From the NCBI RefSeq assembly GCF_016433145.1, contig NC_058130.1, positions 498,416,367 through 498,480,366 of the forward strand: a stretch of 64,000 bases of DNA, in the 5' to 3' direction. This DNA is from Gracilinanus agilis (taxonomy: Eukaryota). Under the pieces are notes generated by a model. The model ran no database searches, was not told the origin of the DNA, and saw nothing but the letters and a program-made list of their open reading frames with translations. Of this stretch, positions 51,961 through 64,000 are shown piece after piece (position 1 is the first letter of the stretch; every line of letters begins with the position of its first letter). Both the position numbers and the translations under genes were made by a program.

Positions 51961-52635
51961 GTGTTTTTTAAATTTATTTTTTTCAATTACATGAAAAAAC
52001 AAATCTTCAAACCTTTTTTAAAAGTTTGAGTCAAATTTTCTTCTCTTCTTTTTCCTCTCCTACCTCCTCCCAGAGATGGCAATCAATCTGATATAGATTT
52101 TATGTATGTAATATTATAAAACATCTTTCCATAATAGTCATTCTGTGAAAGAGAATTTGAAAAAAAAAGTAAAGAAATAAAGTGAAATATAGTATGTCTC
52201 AGCCTGCATTCAGACTTCATAAGTTCTTTCTTTGGGGGCAGATAGTATTTTTCATTATGAGTCCTTCAGAATTTTCTTGCTTTACTGTATTGCCAAGAAT
52301 ATTTAAGTCATTCATAAAAGTTCATCATATAATAATGCTATTGCCATGTATAATGTTCCACTGGTTCTGCTTATTTCACTTTGAATTAGTTCATCTAAGT
52401 CTTTCCAGGTTTTTCTTAAATCATTCTCATCATTTCTTATAGTGCAGTAGTATTCTGTTACACTTACATACCACAGCTTGTTCAGCCATTCCCCAACTGA
52501 TGGACACCCCGTTTCTAGTTCTTTGCTACCACAAAAAGAACTTCTACAAATATTTTTGTACAAACAGATCCTTTCCCCTTTTTCTAATCTCTTTGGACTA
52601 AAGATCTAGTAGGAGTATTGCTGTATCAAAAAATA
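51961..52635 (-). mobile_element. L1 3' end inserted antisense into the host L1
   Basis: Poly-T start, then ttgttcagccattccccaactgatgg. Confidence 0.8.
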
Positions 52636-52983
52636 CTCACTGTTGATGGTCTTGTGAACTGTTCCAGCCTTTCTAGAGAGTGATTTGGAACTATGCCCAA
52701 AGGGCTTAAAAACTGTACATTCTCTTTGAACCAGCAATACCACTATTAGAACTGTATTCCAAAGAAATTTTTTTTAAAGGAGAAAGCTCTTTTGATGATG
52801 AGAAAGAATTAGAAATTGAGGGGATGCCTTTGAATTTGGGAATGGATGAATGAGTTGGAGTATATGATTGTGATGGGCTACTATTGCACTATAAAAAATG
52901 GTGATCAGGATGTTTTCAGGAAAACTTTTAAAAAACTGATGCAAAATGAGGTGAGCAGAATCAATAGAATATTGTACAAAATA

Positions 52984-53170
52984 TTGGGGCAGCTGGGTAG
53001 CTCAGTGGATTGAGAGCCAGGCCTAGAGACAGGAGGTCCTAGGTTCAAATCCGGCCTCAAACACTTCCCAGCTGTGTGACCCTAGGCAAGTCACTTGACC
53101 CCCATTGCCTACCCTTACCAATCTTCCACCTATAAGTCAATACACAGAAGTTAAGGGTTTTAAAAAAAAG
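52984..53170 (+). mobile_element. Young SINE1_Mdo-type SINE
   Basis: 17-bp TSD GAATATTGTACAAAATA at 52967-52983 and 53171-53187. Confidence 0.95.
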
Positions 53171-53485
53171 GAATATTGTACAAAATAATAATATTGTATG
53201 ATGATCAATTTGAATGACAGCTATTTTCAGTAATTCAGTGATCTCAGACAGTTCTCAAGGACTTGTGATGAAAAATGCTATTCACTTCCAGAAAAAGTAC
53301 TGATGGAGTCTGAATGCAGATCAGAGGATATTTTTTAAACTTCCCTATTTTTTCTTGCCTTTTTTTTGGTGGTTGATATTTTCTTTTACAACATGACTTA
53401 TATGCAAATATGTTTTGCATAATAACACATATATAAACTATGTCAAGTTGGTTGCCTTCTCAGTGAAGGGGAAGGTATAAAAAGG

Positions 53486-54762
53486 GGGGTGATTAGGAGA
53501 TTTGGGGTGTAGAGGCTAACCCCCTAAGTTGATGTATATGGGCCATTTTCCCCTCACAGCCACTCCTCCTTACTAGGGAGACAAAATAGGGTTTCTTGGA
53601 AAATGGGGATACCTGGATATTCCTGCCGGGGTAGAGAAGTTAAAGGAATATCTTCTCCTCTAGGGGAAACAAATGTGACCCCAATAAGATGTATGTGCCA
53701 GGCAGTGCACATTGAAGCCTCCCCCAGAAATTCCCAAATGGAATCAAGTTTAAAATGAAAGTCTGCTTTCCTTCCTTCCTCAACCCACTCATTCTGCCTC
53801 CCACCAATTAATTTCACTCTGATCTGACTAAATCAAACTTTTAGGGTTTATTACAGGAACAAAATGATCAAGGGAAATAAGATGGGGTTCTCAGCAAAGG
53901 GTGTGCAGGTAATTCCCTAAATCCCCTTTTCAGTCCTTGATTGTGCAGGATACCCCCAGAGTTTCTTCTGCTTTCCCCAAAATTATAGCTTCTCTGACCC
54001 AATTCCCAAATAGTACTCATACATCTAGGATTGTTACTAAACCAAAGAGGATATTGAAGGACAAGGCCCCAGGAAATTTTTGCGGGTCCCAGGGGTTGAC
54101 TACCCACAGAAGTCCAGACAATCCTGGCCAAACTGAAGAAACAGTTGTTGTATATTACCAGTGTGATCAGGAACCAATAGAGATCAAGTGATATGATCAA
54201 TCTTCACTGAAGGTCTCAGGAAACTCTCCAGATTTCACTTTGTGGGTCCCAGAGCCCCCCCAAAACCACCTGCCTCCTGGACTGTAAACTCCAAAGCTTA
54301 AGTGTTCACTTGGTTCTCCTCCCAGAAGTCACTGCTTCAGCCCAACTGTCACTCTCTTCTCTTCCTTTTGTGTTTGTAAGAAATAAAATGGATATAAAGG
54401 GATAGATTTAAAAATATCAGGGTTTTAAAGAATTTATTGGGAGTCATTAGAAAAATAAAGCCACGCGCCTGTTAAGAGTTAGTTTGAAAGTCGTGCCTCC
54501 TCCTCCCATCCCTGCTCCTGCTCCCAAGTCAGAAAAGAGAAAGTATCCATCCGGTCTCTCACTATTTATCCTTCTATTCACATGATTGTGCTTCCTGCCC
54601 ATGTGATTATGCAAGAGAGGAAGCCAGTTGGCTCTTGGGAAATGTAGTTTGAAAGAGCCCTAAATATCCACAGGAAGTTTAGATCAAGGACCTCCAAATT
54701 CCCAATATCACATGTTCCATCTCTCACAGTTCCAAAATGCCTGGCTTGCCTTGGTTCTTACA
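53486..54762 (-). mobile_element. Solo ERV LTR (about 940 bp net), itself split by a younger LTR
   Basis: Ends GGTTCTTACA. AAGG on both flanks (53482-53485 and 54763-54766). The left terminus is degenerate. Confidence 0.65.
54375..54712 (-). mobile_element. Young solo LTR with 4-bp TSD TGTT
   Basis: Termini TGTAAG...ATCACA. TGTT at 54371-54374 and 54713-54716. Retained CpGs. Confidence 0.85.
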
Positions 54763-54834
54763 AAGGAGAGGGATATAGTGAGAGAATTTGGAACTTAAAA
54801 TTTTTAAAAATGAAGATTGAAAATTTTTTTATTT

Positions 54835-55010
54835 GGGGCAGCTAGGTGCCTTAGTGGATTGAGAGCTAGGTCTAGAAATGGGATGCCTTTTGTTCCAATA
54901 TGGCCTCAGATACTTCCTTAACTGTGTGACCCTGGGCAAGTCCTTACCACACTTCTGTATTAGAACCAATACACTGATTTGATTCAAAGATAGAAGATGA
55001 GAATGAAAAT
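54835..55010 (+). mobile_element. SINE1_Mdo-type SINE
   Basis: ggggcagctaggtgccttagtggattgagagc. Confidence 0.8.
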
Positions 55011-56579
55011 AAATTTATATATATATTTGGAAAAACTAAATCATAAAAAAATTTAAATGATTGCAAGCTCACTTTTCAACATTTTTATTAACTATCAGAT
55101 AAAAAAATGAATAAAACATGGCTCCTAATCCCATAGAATTTTATACTATATGGTAGAGATGAGAATGGAAATATACAAATAACTTAGAAAAAATCAAAGT
55201 GGATTATAGGAAATACCAAGAGATAAAAAACAGTGCACTTAGATACTTCCTAGCCATGTGACCCTGGGAAAGTCACTTAACCTCCAATGCCTAGCCTTTA
55301 GCTATCTTCTGCCTTGGATACACAATATTGATTTTAAGATAGAAGTTAAGGGTTTTTAAAAAAAAAGTATTTGTCAAGTGTTTGGCAAAATTCAAAGATA
55401 GCAGTGCAGTGGGAGCTCAGAAGAGGAATTCTTTACTTCTGGAAGGGAAGACTTCATGAAGAAAGTCATGTGTGAGTTAAGCAATGAAGGATGCCTAGGA
55501 TTCAGATAGGTCCAGATGGAAGAAATGCATGTTGGGTGATAAGAACATTTTTTTTTTTGTCATTTAAAGAGGGGCTGAGCCAGGAGTTTAATTTCACTGT
55601 TTTAACAATAGAGAATCAAAATACAAATCCTTTCAAAGTATATTGCTGCTGTCTTCTTGAAAGTGGAAAAGAATATATTGAGATTTGATTCAAGGGGGCA
55701 GCCTGAGGACTAACTTGTTCCAGCTGTAGCTACTATCTAAGCCAGAAGGGCCTACAGACAAGAAATCACCCCCCAAATTTTTTTCTTGTCTTAAGAGCCC
55801 TTATAGAAAGTTCTTTAACTGTCATGATACTTGGGCCAGATTTAGCCAAGAGAGATGAAGGGCATGAGGGGTGGGTATTCAGCAGTTGGGGAAGCTGGTG
55901 CTATTTAGGTATATTCTACATGTTGTTTACAAATGGAGATGAGAAATCAGCATTATTTGAACCCTTTATTATCATTGAGCCATAGCCAAGCTGCCACTGC
56001 TCATTGGGAAGGGTGAGAAAATCAACAACATCTCTTTCATATCTATTGATTATACACACATAATGGCTTAATAAGGTGGACACAACCTAATACGAGGCCT
56101 CAACCAAGGAGAAAAATGGTTGACTCTGCTCTCTAATATCACTAAGTTTGTCTTAAAAGGGGGCTATGATTATTTAATAGAGAATATGGAAAACCCACCC
56201 ATGGGCTTAAAAACTCTCTCTTCATCTTTCCTATAAATCTGAGTCATAAGCTCAGGCAGAAATCTCCCTTTTTTTGCTACTCTCCCTACCTCACTTTTTC
56301 CTTATCTTCATTTACTAGTTCCACCTTTTCATACTCCCTATCAGTTCCATTGGGCTTTGCTTTTCAGTGGTGCCTTCTGGGATATTTATTCTAGAATTCA
56401 CAAACTACCTTTTGTGGTGAGTCATTTCCTTTCACCTTCTGTCCACTTTTCATGCATTCATGGAAACCTGACTTACCCCTATAGGCATTGTATGCCTGGC
56501 CATTCTCCTCAGTACTGAATATCCTTTTCCTCATGCCCCCAACACATTCTTTGCTCCTGACTACTATTTTCCTTTACTA

Positions 56580-57249
56580 TGAGGGAAATTAGGTAGCAAG
56601 TGGTTCATTGTGGGAATTGAATGAACCACACTGATTCCACCTTGTGACTTAATTCAGAGGCTAGCTTCGTTCCCTCTCTATTAAATTATGTCTAGTCCAA
56701 TTTATGTCTCATGAGAAAACATTCAATTGTGGTAATTGAGAGAAAACTTTATTCCATTTTTTGAAACTAGCCCTGTATGCTTGGAAAGTCAGACTTCTGC
56801 CTCCTGCTTAGAGACACTTAACTAAGAACCGAGGCTATACCGACCAGAAACAAGTCAGATCCAATGACTGATACATGGAGTTTTCACCCAATCATGCATC
56901 TCAAGCAACCATTCCTTATCTGGAAACTGGCTCTGTACTAATCAATCAGTTCTGGTTTCCACATTCTTTTGATTGTTCACAGCCACTTTTTGGGGAATAG
57001 GATACATTTTTTTTTTTAATTTTAGCAAATTGAAGCTGTTTGCTCTCCTCTTCCCAACTTGGAAAGTCCTTAATCTACCCTCCAGTTAGAAATCAGATTA
57101 CCTAATTTTGAATCCTAGTTAATTGTTTTCTTTTGACTAATTGCCTTATTTGATTAATTGTTTTTAATGCATAAAAATCTGTTTCCCCACCCTGTATTAG
57201 GGATTTAGTCTTAAGCTGAGGGATAGGTTTGGTCCTGATTTATTAGACA
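56580..57249. mobile_element. Probable solo LTR
   Basis: TG...CA boundaries inside L2-like sequence and LTR-like composition. No exact TSD. Confidence 0.4.
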
Positions 57250-58234
57250 CTTAGCATGTATTGCTTAATACACTGAAATGGTCAGAAGCTTGAACTTTTG
57301 TTTCCTTGGACATTTCATCTTTCAACAGCCACAGCTGCATTCACTGAACATCCCTATCTTCCTTTGAGGCTTTTCCCACTTGTCTGTTACGATCCATTAA
57401 GATCCTGATTGCAGTCATCTACCAGATTCCTCTTGTTGCTATCATGAGAAATGACTCAATACTTAATTTCCTGCTTGATTTTTGAGCAAATGAAAAAGAA
57501 AAGCTTTTCAATAGAAGTTTTCTTGGATCCTGTTAGTATCTCACTTTCTGTCTTAAGGCACCAGTTAGCTCTTTTGCAAGACTGAAAAGCAGCGATACCA
57601 AGAACATGATGAACATTCTTTAAGTAATATGCATTAAGATTTTAAGGTTCTTGGGTGACTACAACACACCAACATAATAAACAATTACCTTGAAATGACA
57701 GGAGATCAAAGGCTACTCTCACCTCATTTAACAGAATAATTGGATAAGGGACAGAATTTGGATTTGGGTTTTCTGTCTTTATAGCAGTCAGGAATTACCT
57801 GGATCATTATATGAAATAGAAGTGTTATTTCTAGGATCTGTGATTTCATGAGAGTGGACAACTTTTCAAAAGGGCAGATCATAACTATTTTTCCTTTGCT
57901 TTAGTAGACCATAAGGACTTATGTCCATAAGCCCTCTGTGTCCCACAACACCCCCGCCCCCCAAAAACCCCCAACAATATTACTTGATAACCAGCTTTCT
58001 AAGTTCTTTTTTTCCTTCTAAATTCTTGTCCAACAGGGCTGTAATCTGTATCTCTTTGTTGAATGATGCAGGTATATAGTAAAAATCTTTTCTAGGTAGG
58101 TGTGATCTATCAGAAGTCATAGTCCATTGGCATAGCCTTTGAGAACCCTGGATCACCACAATGAGACATTCTTTCCATCACTCACTTATCTGCATGGGAA
58201 TATGAAATATTATGATGTGAAAACAAAGTAGCTT

Positions 58235-58430
58235 GGGGCAACTAGATAGCAAGTGGATGGAGAACTCCGCCTGGAGTTGAGGACCTAGGATTGAATTTGA
58301 CCTCACAGATTTCTCAGCTGTGTGACCCTGGGCAAGTTGCTTACCGCCAATTGCCTAGTCTTTATCTATTTTCTGTCTTAGAATCAATTTTTAGTATGGA
58401 TTTTAAGACAGTTTATAAGGGCTTTTAAAA
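58235..58430 (+). mobile_element. Marsupial tRNA-derived SINE
   Basis: ggggcaactagatagcaagtggatgg followed by a CORE segment. Confidence 0.8.
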
Positions 58431-59439
58431 ATGAAAGGAAAGAAAGAAAACAAAGCAGCTCCAGAAATCAGTGCTTTTTGGTGGTAATTATCAAATGACC
58501 ATTACCTGCTTTATTTTCTGGCTTTCAGATATTAAAATTTGGAGGTGAATGGAATGCTTACCATAAGCTAATCTCTGCTGTCTAGCAGAAAAATCCCAAG
58601 TTAAGAAGCAGATTAAAAAAAAATAGATCTGAGGTCATTTGCTAGGTGGGAGGATGCTTTGTTCTAAGGAATTTAGCACGTGAGACTGAGAATTTCCTGA
58701 TGAGGAGATAAGAGACTTCAGAGTCAAGATTCAGAGCAAACTTTTAAGACTGGAAAACCTGAGGGAAGGGTTATTTGTTTGTTTATTGTTGCCTTTACCT
58801 AGACAAGAGTTTTTGGCTTTCCCACCAAGACTAGGGGTTTGAATTCCAAAGAATATGGGAGTAGCCTGTTTGTACAGTGTTATCTCATATTCCTTCCCTG
58901 CTTGCTCTCATTAGACTGGACAAATGTGTGCCTCTCCCATACACAATGCTTTCCTATCTCTGTTTCTTCATACACATTGTTCTCTTTATTTGAGAAGTCC
59001 TTCCTACCCATCTTCACCTATTGAACTACTAATGAATTTTTATATCCCATCTCAAATACTATCTCTCCAGGAAAGTCTCTCTTCCTCCTCCTCTTCCTTG
59101 GAAATGGCTTTTTTCCTGAGACCTGGAGTAACTTTTTTGTTTGCAAGGCTGATGCATTTGTTGTCTAATAAGAATAGTGACTGGCCTGAGATTTCAGTGA
59201 CTTAAGGAGTTCCTGGCTAGGCATTTCCTCTTTCACAGAAGATCAAAGCCTTTTCTGCTACTGATAAGCTTAGCAAGTTCTGTATACCACATTGACTAGA
59301 CTCTAAGCTCTTTTAGGACTGGAACCATTTAAACTTTATATCTCTTCAAGTGCCTGACATAACTATTTCATTATATTTCATTGTATTCTATTTCTTTCGA
59401 ATGTTATTATAGCTATTTTATGATTCATTATCAGTAATA

Positions 59440-59690
59440 ATGGGGGCAGCTGAGTAGTATAGTGAATAGAGTACCAGGCCTAAAGTCAAGGTTTATCTGA
59501 CCTCTTATACTTACTAGCTATGAGACCCTGGGTAAGTCACTTGACCCTCTTTGCCTCCATTTCCTCATCTGTAAAATGAGCCAGAAAAGAAAACAGCAAA
59601 ACCACTCCAGTATCTTTGGCAAGAAAATCCCAAATGGCATTGAGAAGAGTTTGATATTAGTGAAACAACTGAATAACATCAAACGATAAT
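59440..59690 (+). mobile_element. MAR1-type SINE
   Basis: ggggcagctgagtagtatagtgaatagag...aaaccactccagtatctttggcaagaaaatccc. Confidence 0.85.
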
Positions 59691-60149
59691 CACTAAATAA
59701 GTGATGAAATGAATATAAAGATGCCCCAGCAATCCATTTCAATTCAACATATATGAAGCATCTACAGTGTGCAAAGCAGAAAATATAAAAACAAAAAAAT
59801 GGAACAATCTGCCAGAGAGACTGTGTTCTACAAGAGACACATTGATCAATTGATCAATCAACAAGCATGTATTATGTACATATTATGGGCCAAGTACTGT
59901 GCTAAGTGCAGGGAATACAAAACAGAAGTGAAATAGTGTTTGCCCTCAAAGAGCTTACATTCTAGTAAGATTCTAGTAAGGGAGAGAATGCATAGATTAA
60001 TGTATGCTTTTATATACATATATATACTTATGTATATTGCACTTTATTATAAATATTAAATGTAGCTACTTTAATATACTTTAGATAAAGTAAAACATAT
60101 TTAGATAGTATAAATAACAAAAACATAAACTTGAATTATCAGTGCATAA

Positions 60150-60340
60150 ACTATATATGTAAAAAGATGTATATATGTATGTACAGAATTATACATACTA
60201 TATATGTATATATATATACATATGTATGTTTAGAAATAAAGAGAGAGAGAAGAAGAGAAAGGGAGATAGAGACACAGAGGGAGAATGAAAGGGACACAGA
60301 GAGAGGGAGGAAGAAGAGGGAGGAGAGAGACAGAGAAAAT
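60150..60340. repeat. (TA/TG)-rich then (GA)-rich low-complexity tract
   Basis: Read directly from the sequence. Confidence 0.9.
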
Positions 60341-60649
60341 GTAAAATAGAAACTAGTAGTTTGGGGGATGAGGAAAGACCTCACATAGAAGGTGTACCTT
60401 GAGCTAAATATGGAAGGAAACCCTTGATTCTGAGAGTTGAAGGTGGGAAGGAAATGCATTCAAGACATGAAAGTCAGCCAGTGCAAAGACGCTGAGATAG
60501 GAGACAGAATGTTATAGATAATAAACATCAAATAAAACAGTTGGAGGTATAATTTTGACTGCTTTGATGACAGGCATGTGCAAAAAATCTGGAAAGATAG
60601 ACTGGAACCAGATTGTGACAGAAGAAGATAGTCTTATGGGTATACACAT

Positions 60650-60905
60650 TTGTTGCTGTCATTCAGTTGTTTTCAGTTGTGTCCAACTTTTTGTGACCTC
60701 ATTTAAGGTTTTCTTGGCAAAGATACCAGAACAGTTTTTCATTTTCTTCTCTAGCTCATTTTATAGATGAAGAAACTGAGGCAAACAGAGTGAACTGTCT
60801 TGACCAGGGTCACACAGTTAGTAAGTAAAGTATTTGAGTCTAGATTTGAACTTAGGAACTGACTCCAGGATTGGCATTTTATCTACTTTACTACCTAGCT
60901 GCCCT
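60650..60905 (-). mobile_element. MAR1-type SINE
   Basis: ttcagttgtgtccaactttttgtgacc...ttcttggcaaagatacc. Confidence 0.85.
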
Positions 60906-61199
60906 GTATATATAAATAAATGAATGCAAAGTAATAGAATAATTTCAAGACTTAGAGGGTGATGAGATAGAGAGAAAACTTTTCCTAATGCCTTGACATG
61001 GCATATGGAATTTCTAATAATTATAGATTTAGAGTTAGAAGAAACCTTAGAGGCCCTCTAGCCAAAATATATCATTTTACAAAGAAGAAAGTTTATGTCA
61101 AGAGAGGTTGTGTTCAGTTCAGAATTATGTACAATGTCTGAGTCAGGATTTAACCTCAGGTTCTCTGATACCAAGGCCAACACTCTGTTACATATGATA

Positions 61200-61261
61200 G
61201 TGATCCTATGTTTTTAAAGGCTCTTCCAGAAGATTGTGAGTTCTAGAAGATGTTTACCAGT
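61200..61261 (+). repeat. 62-bp segment duplicated at 63701-63762
   Basis: 61 of 62 bases identical. Confidence 0.95.
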
Positions 61262-62175
61262 TTGGAAAGTATTGCATAACTGTCTGGGACTAGATTGTAG
61301 AGCTTTATTATCAAAAGACCAGCTATACAAGGATGTTTTTTGTTTGTTTGTTTGTTTGTTTTTGGCCAGGGCTATCCATTAAGATGATTTTCTAACCCAG
61401 AGGGATTGGGATCTGTGTTGACAGAAAGAGCACCTGAATCTCTAACATCACATACCCTCAAAATGTCAAACTAAGTAAAGGAGGTAAGATTGTTTTTCTA
61501 TTATGCTCAAGAGTCTAAAGAACTCAAGGAAGAATGACCATGTCCACTTGGCTGAACAGAAGGGTCTGGAATGAAAAACTGTATCTGGAAACTCACTCCC
61601 CAGATTCATCAGCAAGATAATAGGCAGTTCCCTTTGGCTGCACAAACTTTGTTTCCTAACATTTTGTGGACACAGCTGGCTTTTAGAAATAAGCAGTCTG
61701 CTCTTAGCAGATGAGAAGAGAGGAAGAAAAAATACAGCAAAGTTAATGATCCAAAAAGCAGCAGTAAATGAACAATGACTGAAGACCTGTTTGAAATAGC
61801 AGTGAATGAAACAGAGAAATCAGAGTTTCTGAAATATATTATCAGGTAGACCTAAACATTCAGTAAAGAGTCACTCACTTCCTTTTTTCCCCCCAGTCTA
61901 AATCTGTGGTTTCAATGACAGAGGAAGTCCCCTGATGATGATATTCCCTCTACCAGTATATATCAGCAGCTAATAGTCTCAGAGAGATTTAATTGAAGAA
62001 GTGAAGTAAATCCCCCAGGGCTAAACAACCATTACTATCAGAATGAGGATTTAAACTCAGTCTTCTGACTCAAAGTCTCTATAAAATATACCATGCTGCC
62101 TCTTAGATCTTTAATATTGAGACATTTTATCCTATCCATGCATTTATCAATATAAAATTTTATGATAATAACAAG

Positions 62176-62870
62176 TGCAAGGGGGTGAAAAGGAGTTTGA
62201 TTGGGTAAATATTAAAAGGTTGGTCACCATGAGGATTGAACAATTCTCAATTCTCAATTAAGAATAACCTCAAGTCAAAATGACTTTTGTGGAAGTTTAT
62301 TTACAAAATATAGGAGAGAGTAGTAGTAGAGAGATGAGAAGAGGATAGAATAAGAGGTTTGTACTTAAGTCTGGGCTTTACTACAGTGGGGCTCCAGAGG
62401 TCCAGCCAGAGCCTAAAAGTCAAATAACAAAGGTTTTAGCCAGAAGGGCTTCTCCCAATCAAGGGAGCCTCCTGGAGGCTAGTACCTCCTAGGAAGTTAA
62501 AGGAGTCAGCCTTCTTCATTTACCACCTGTAGTTCTAAGAGAGAGATTTAAGAGCAGGTCTCAGGGTCCCAGGTCCAGAGCTCCTCCAGGTCCAAGCAAT
62601 GAACAAGAAGAAGCCTGGCTCACTCAACTCTCTCTTTTTAAAGGGGCCTCTTTTGTATCACTTCCTGTACCTTCCTCTTAGTTTGTGTGTCCAATCACAA
62701 TTGACGCTTTTCTTAGGACTGCCCAGGAGACAGTCAGTAAATTCTGATTTGTTACTCATTTTAGCACACATGGGTTACAGACTACCCAACTTGTGAGTTA
62801 AGTGAAGATGTTTTTACCTTTGGTGATTAAATCTAAAGATGGGCAGGATAGATTTAATCTCATTATCACA
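62176..62870 (-). mobile_element. Solo ERV LTR (695 bp) with 4-bp TSD CAAG
   Basis: Termini TGCAAG...ATCACA. CAAG at 62172-62175 and 62871-62874. Minus-strand AATAAA near 62298. Related to the LTR at 29770. Confidence 0.85.
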
Positions 62871-63089
62871 CAAGTTTATATGTGTCTGACTGTATTAAAT
62901 TTTATTGCAATAAGACAAACTGCTAAGGGCCAAACATTCTCTTGCCATTGTATTTTAAAGGCCTCAAAATGCATAATTAACGCTTATTGATAAATATTTA
63001 TTGAGCTATTTAAATTTAATATATGATATCATGAAATTTCTAGTCACCCAACAAGCATTTTTTAAATACTCTACTATGTGTCATTTAAG

Positions 63090-63320
63090 TGGCACAGTAG
63101 ATAAAATGTCACACCTTTGGTCAGGAAGACTCTTCTTCCTCAGTTCAAATCTGATCTCAGACACTTACTCCCTGTGTGACTCTAGACAAGTCACTTCATC
63201 CTGTTTGCCTCAGTTTCCTCATCTTTAAGATGGGCTGGAGAAGGAAATGGCAAACCATTCCAGTATCTTTGCCAAGAAAACCCCACATAGAGTCACAAAG
63301 AGTCAAACAGGACTGAAATT
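63090..63320 (+). mobile_element. MAR1-type SINE
   Basis: gggctggagaaggaaatggcaaaccattccagtatctttgccaagaaaacccc. Confidence 0.9.
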
Positions 63321-63329
63321 ACTCAAAAA

Positions 63330-64000
63330 AAATGTGTCAAGTAATATTCTAAGCACTAGAGATACAAAGAGAGGCAAAAAACCAGCCTCTCTTTTCAAAA
63401 AGCTCACCATCAAGATGACAAGCAACCAACTCTGTTCAGAAACAATATAGTAATGATAATTTGGAGATAATAAATTAAAGGAAGGCATTAAAGGAAGGAG
63501 GAATCAATAAAGGTCTTTTGAAGAAGATAGGATGTTAGCTGGGACTTGAAGGAATGAATGAGACAAGGATGAGGGGGAGAGGATTTCCAGGAAATAGCCA
63601 GAAAAAATGCCTAGAGCTGAAAATGGAGTGTCACTGGATCACAGAAGAATTACTTAGGGTAAATAAAGTGTAAGAAGATTAACTAGGATGGTGAGAAAAG
63701 GTGATCCTATGTTTTTAAAGGCTCTTCCAGAAGATTGTGAGTTCTAGAATATGTTTACCAGTAAATAGAGGATTTGATAGTCTATCCTGGAGATAATAAG
63801 GAACCATTGAAGTTTATGGAATAGTGAAGTGGTGAGCCAGACCTGTCCTTTAAGAGGCTCCATTTGACAGCGGAGTCAAGGATGGACTGGAATGGGAAGA
63901 GACCTGTGTGGTAGGCAATAATCTAGACTTTAGACAATGAGGACCTTGACCAGTGGCAGGGTGAAAGGAAAGAAGAAAAGCATATAAGAAAGATTTTATG
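63330..64000 (-). mobile_element. L2 3' fragment carrying the 62-bp foreign segment
   Basis: Purine-rich antisense L2 (gaagataggatgttagctgggacttgaagg, cctggagataataaggaaccattgaag). Confidence 0.75.

Larger units (their letters stand above)
51690..54830 (+). mobile_element. Old L1 3' region hosting four nested insertions
   Basis: L1 sequence is collinear across the breaks: gggaaaattgggacac | tcactgttgatgg, and gaagggg | gagagaatttggaactt. Confidence 0.8.

Noticed and set aside
51690-52960. Twin-priming L1 inversion
   Set aside because: The opposed pieces overlap in L1 coordinates and the plus-strand copy is collinear across the minus one, so this is a nested insertion.
53554-54200. ORFs of 84-110 aa as possible retroviral genes
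   Set aside because: They are inside an LTR and have no gag, pol or env motifs.
61787-61847. MTEDLFEIAVNETEKSEFLKYII followed by AG|GTAGAC as a first coding exon
   Set aside because: Short, unrecognised, no promoter features and a weak donor; expected by chance.
1-64000. CRISPR array, prokaryotic operon or Rsx-like long tandem-repeat lncRNA
   Set aside because: No regularly spaced repeats or long tandem arrays. The window is mammalian interspersed-repeat DNA.

Overview
This is AT-rich, repeat-dense, non-coding marsupial genomic DNA, most likely the opossum Monodelphis domestica, inferred from SINE1_Mdo-type and MAR1-type SINEs and the L1 sequence. Family names are from recall of consensus sequences, not from a database search. 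I cannot support any host protein-coding exon, tRNA, rRNA or CRISPR array. The ORF track is explained by retroelement remnants, microsatellites, the N gap or chance. Main contents: the CpG-rich 5' end of a young, probably full-length L1 (minus strand, YY1 motif, canonical TT/AAAA target site); many L1, L2 and CR1/L3 fragments; at least four layers of RTE-clade LINEs, including a young 557-bp internally deleted RTE with a perfect 12-bp target site duplication (TSD); about nine solo ERV LTRs, several with 4-bp TSDs; hAT-like MITEs; a 7SL-derived relic; two local direct duplications 2.0-2.5 kb from their templates; and a CpG-retaining, repeat-poor block at about 46.9-48.1 kb. I did not find convincing evidence of a new multi-component biological system. 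The best leads are the RTE deletion derivative, the two local copies and the CpG-retaining block.
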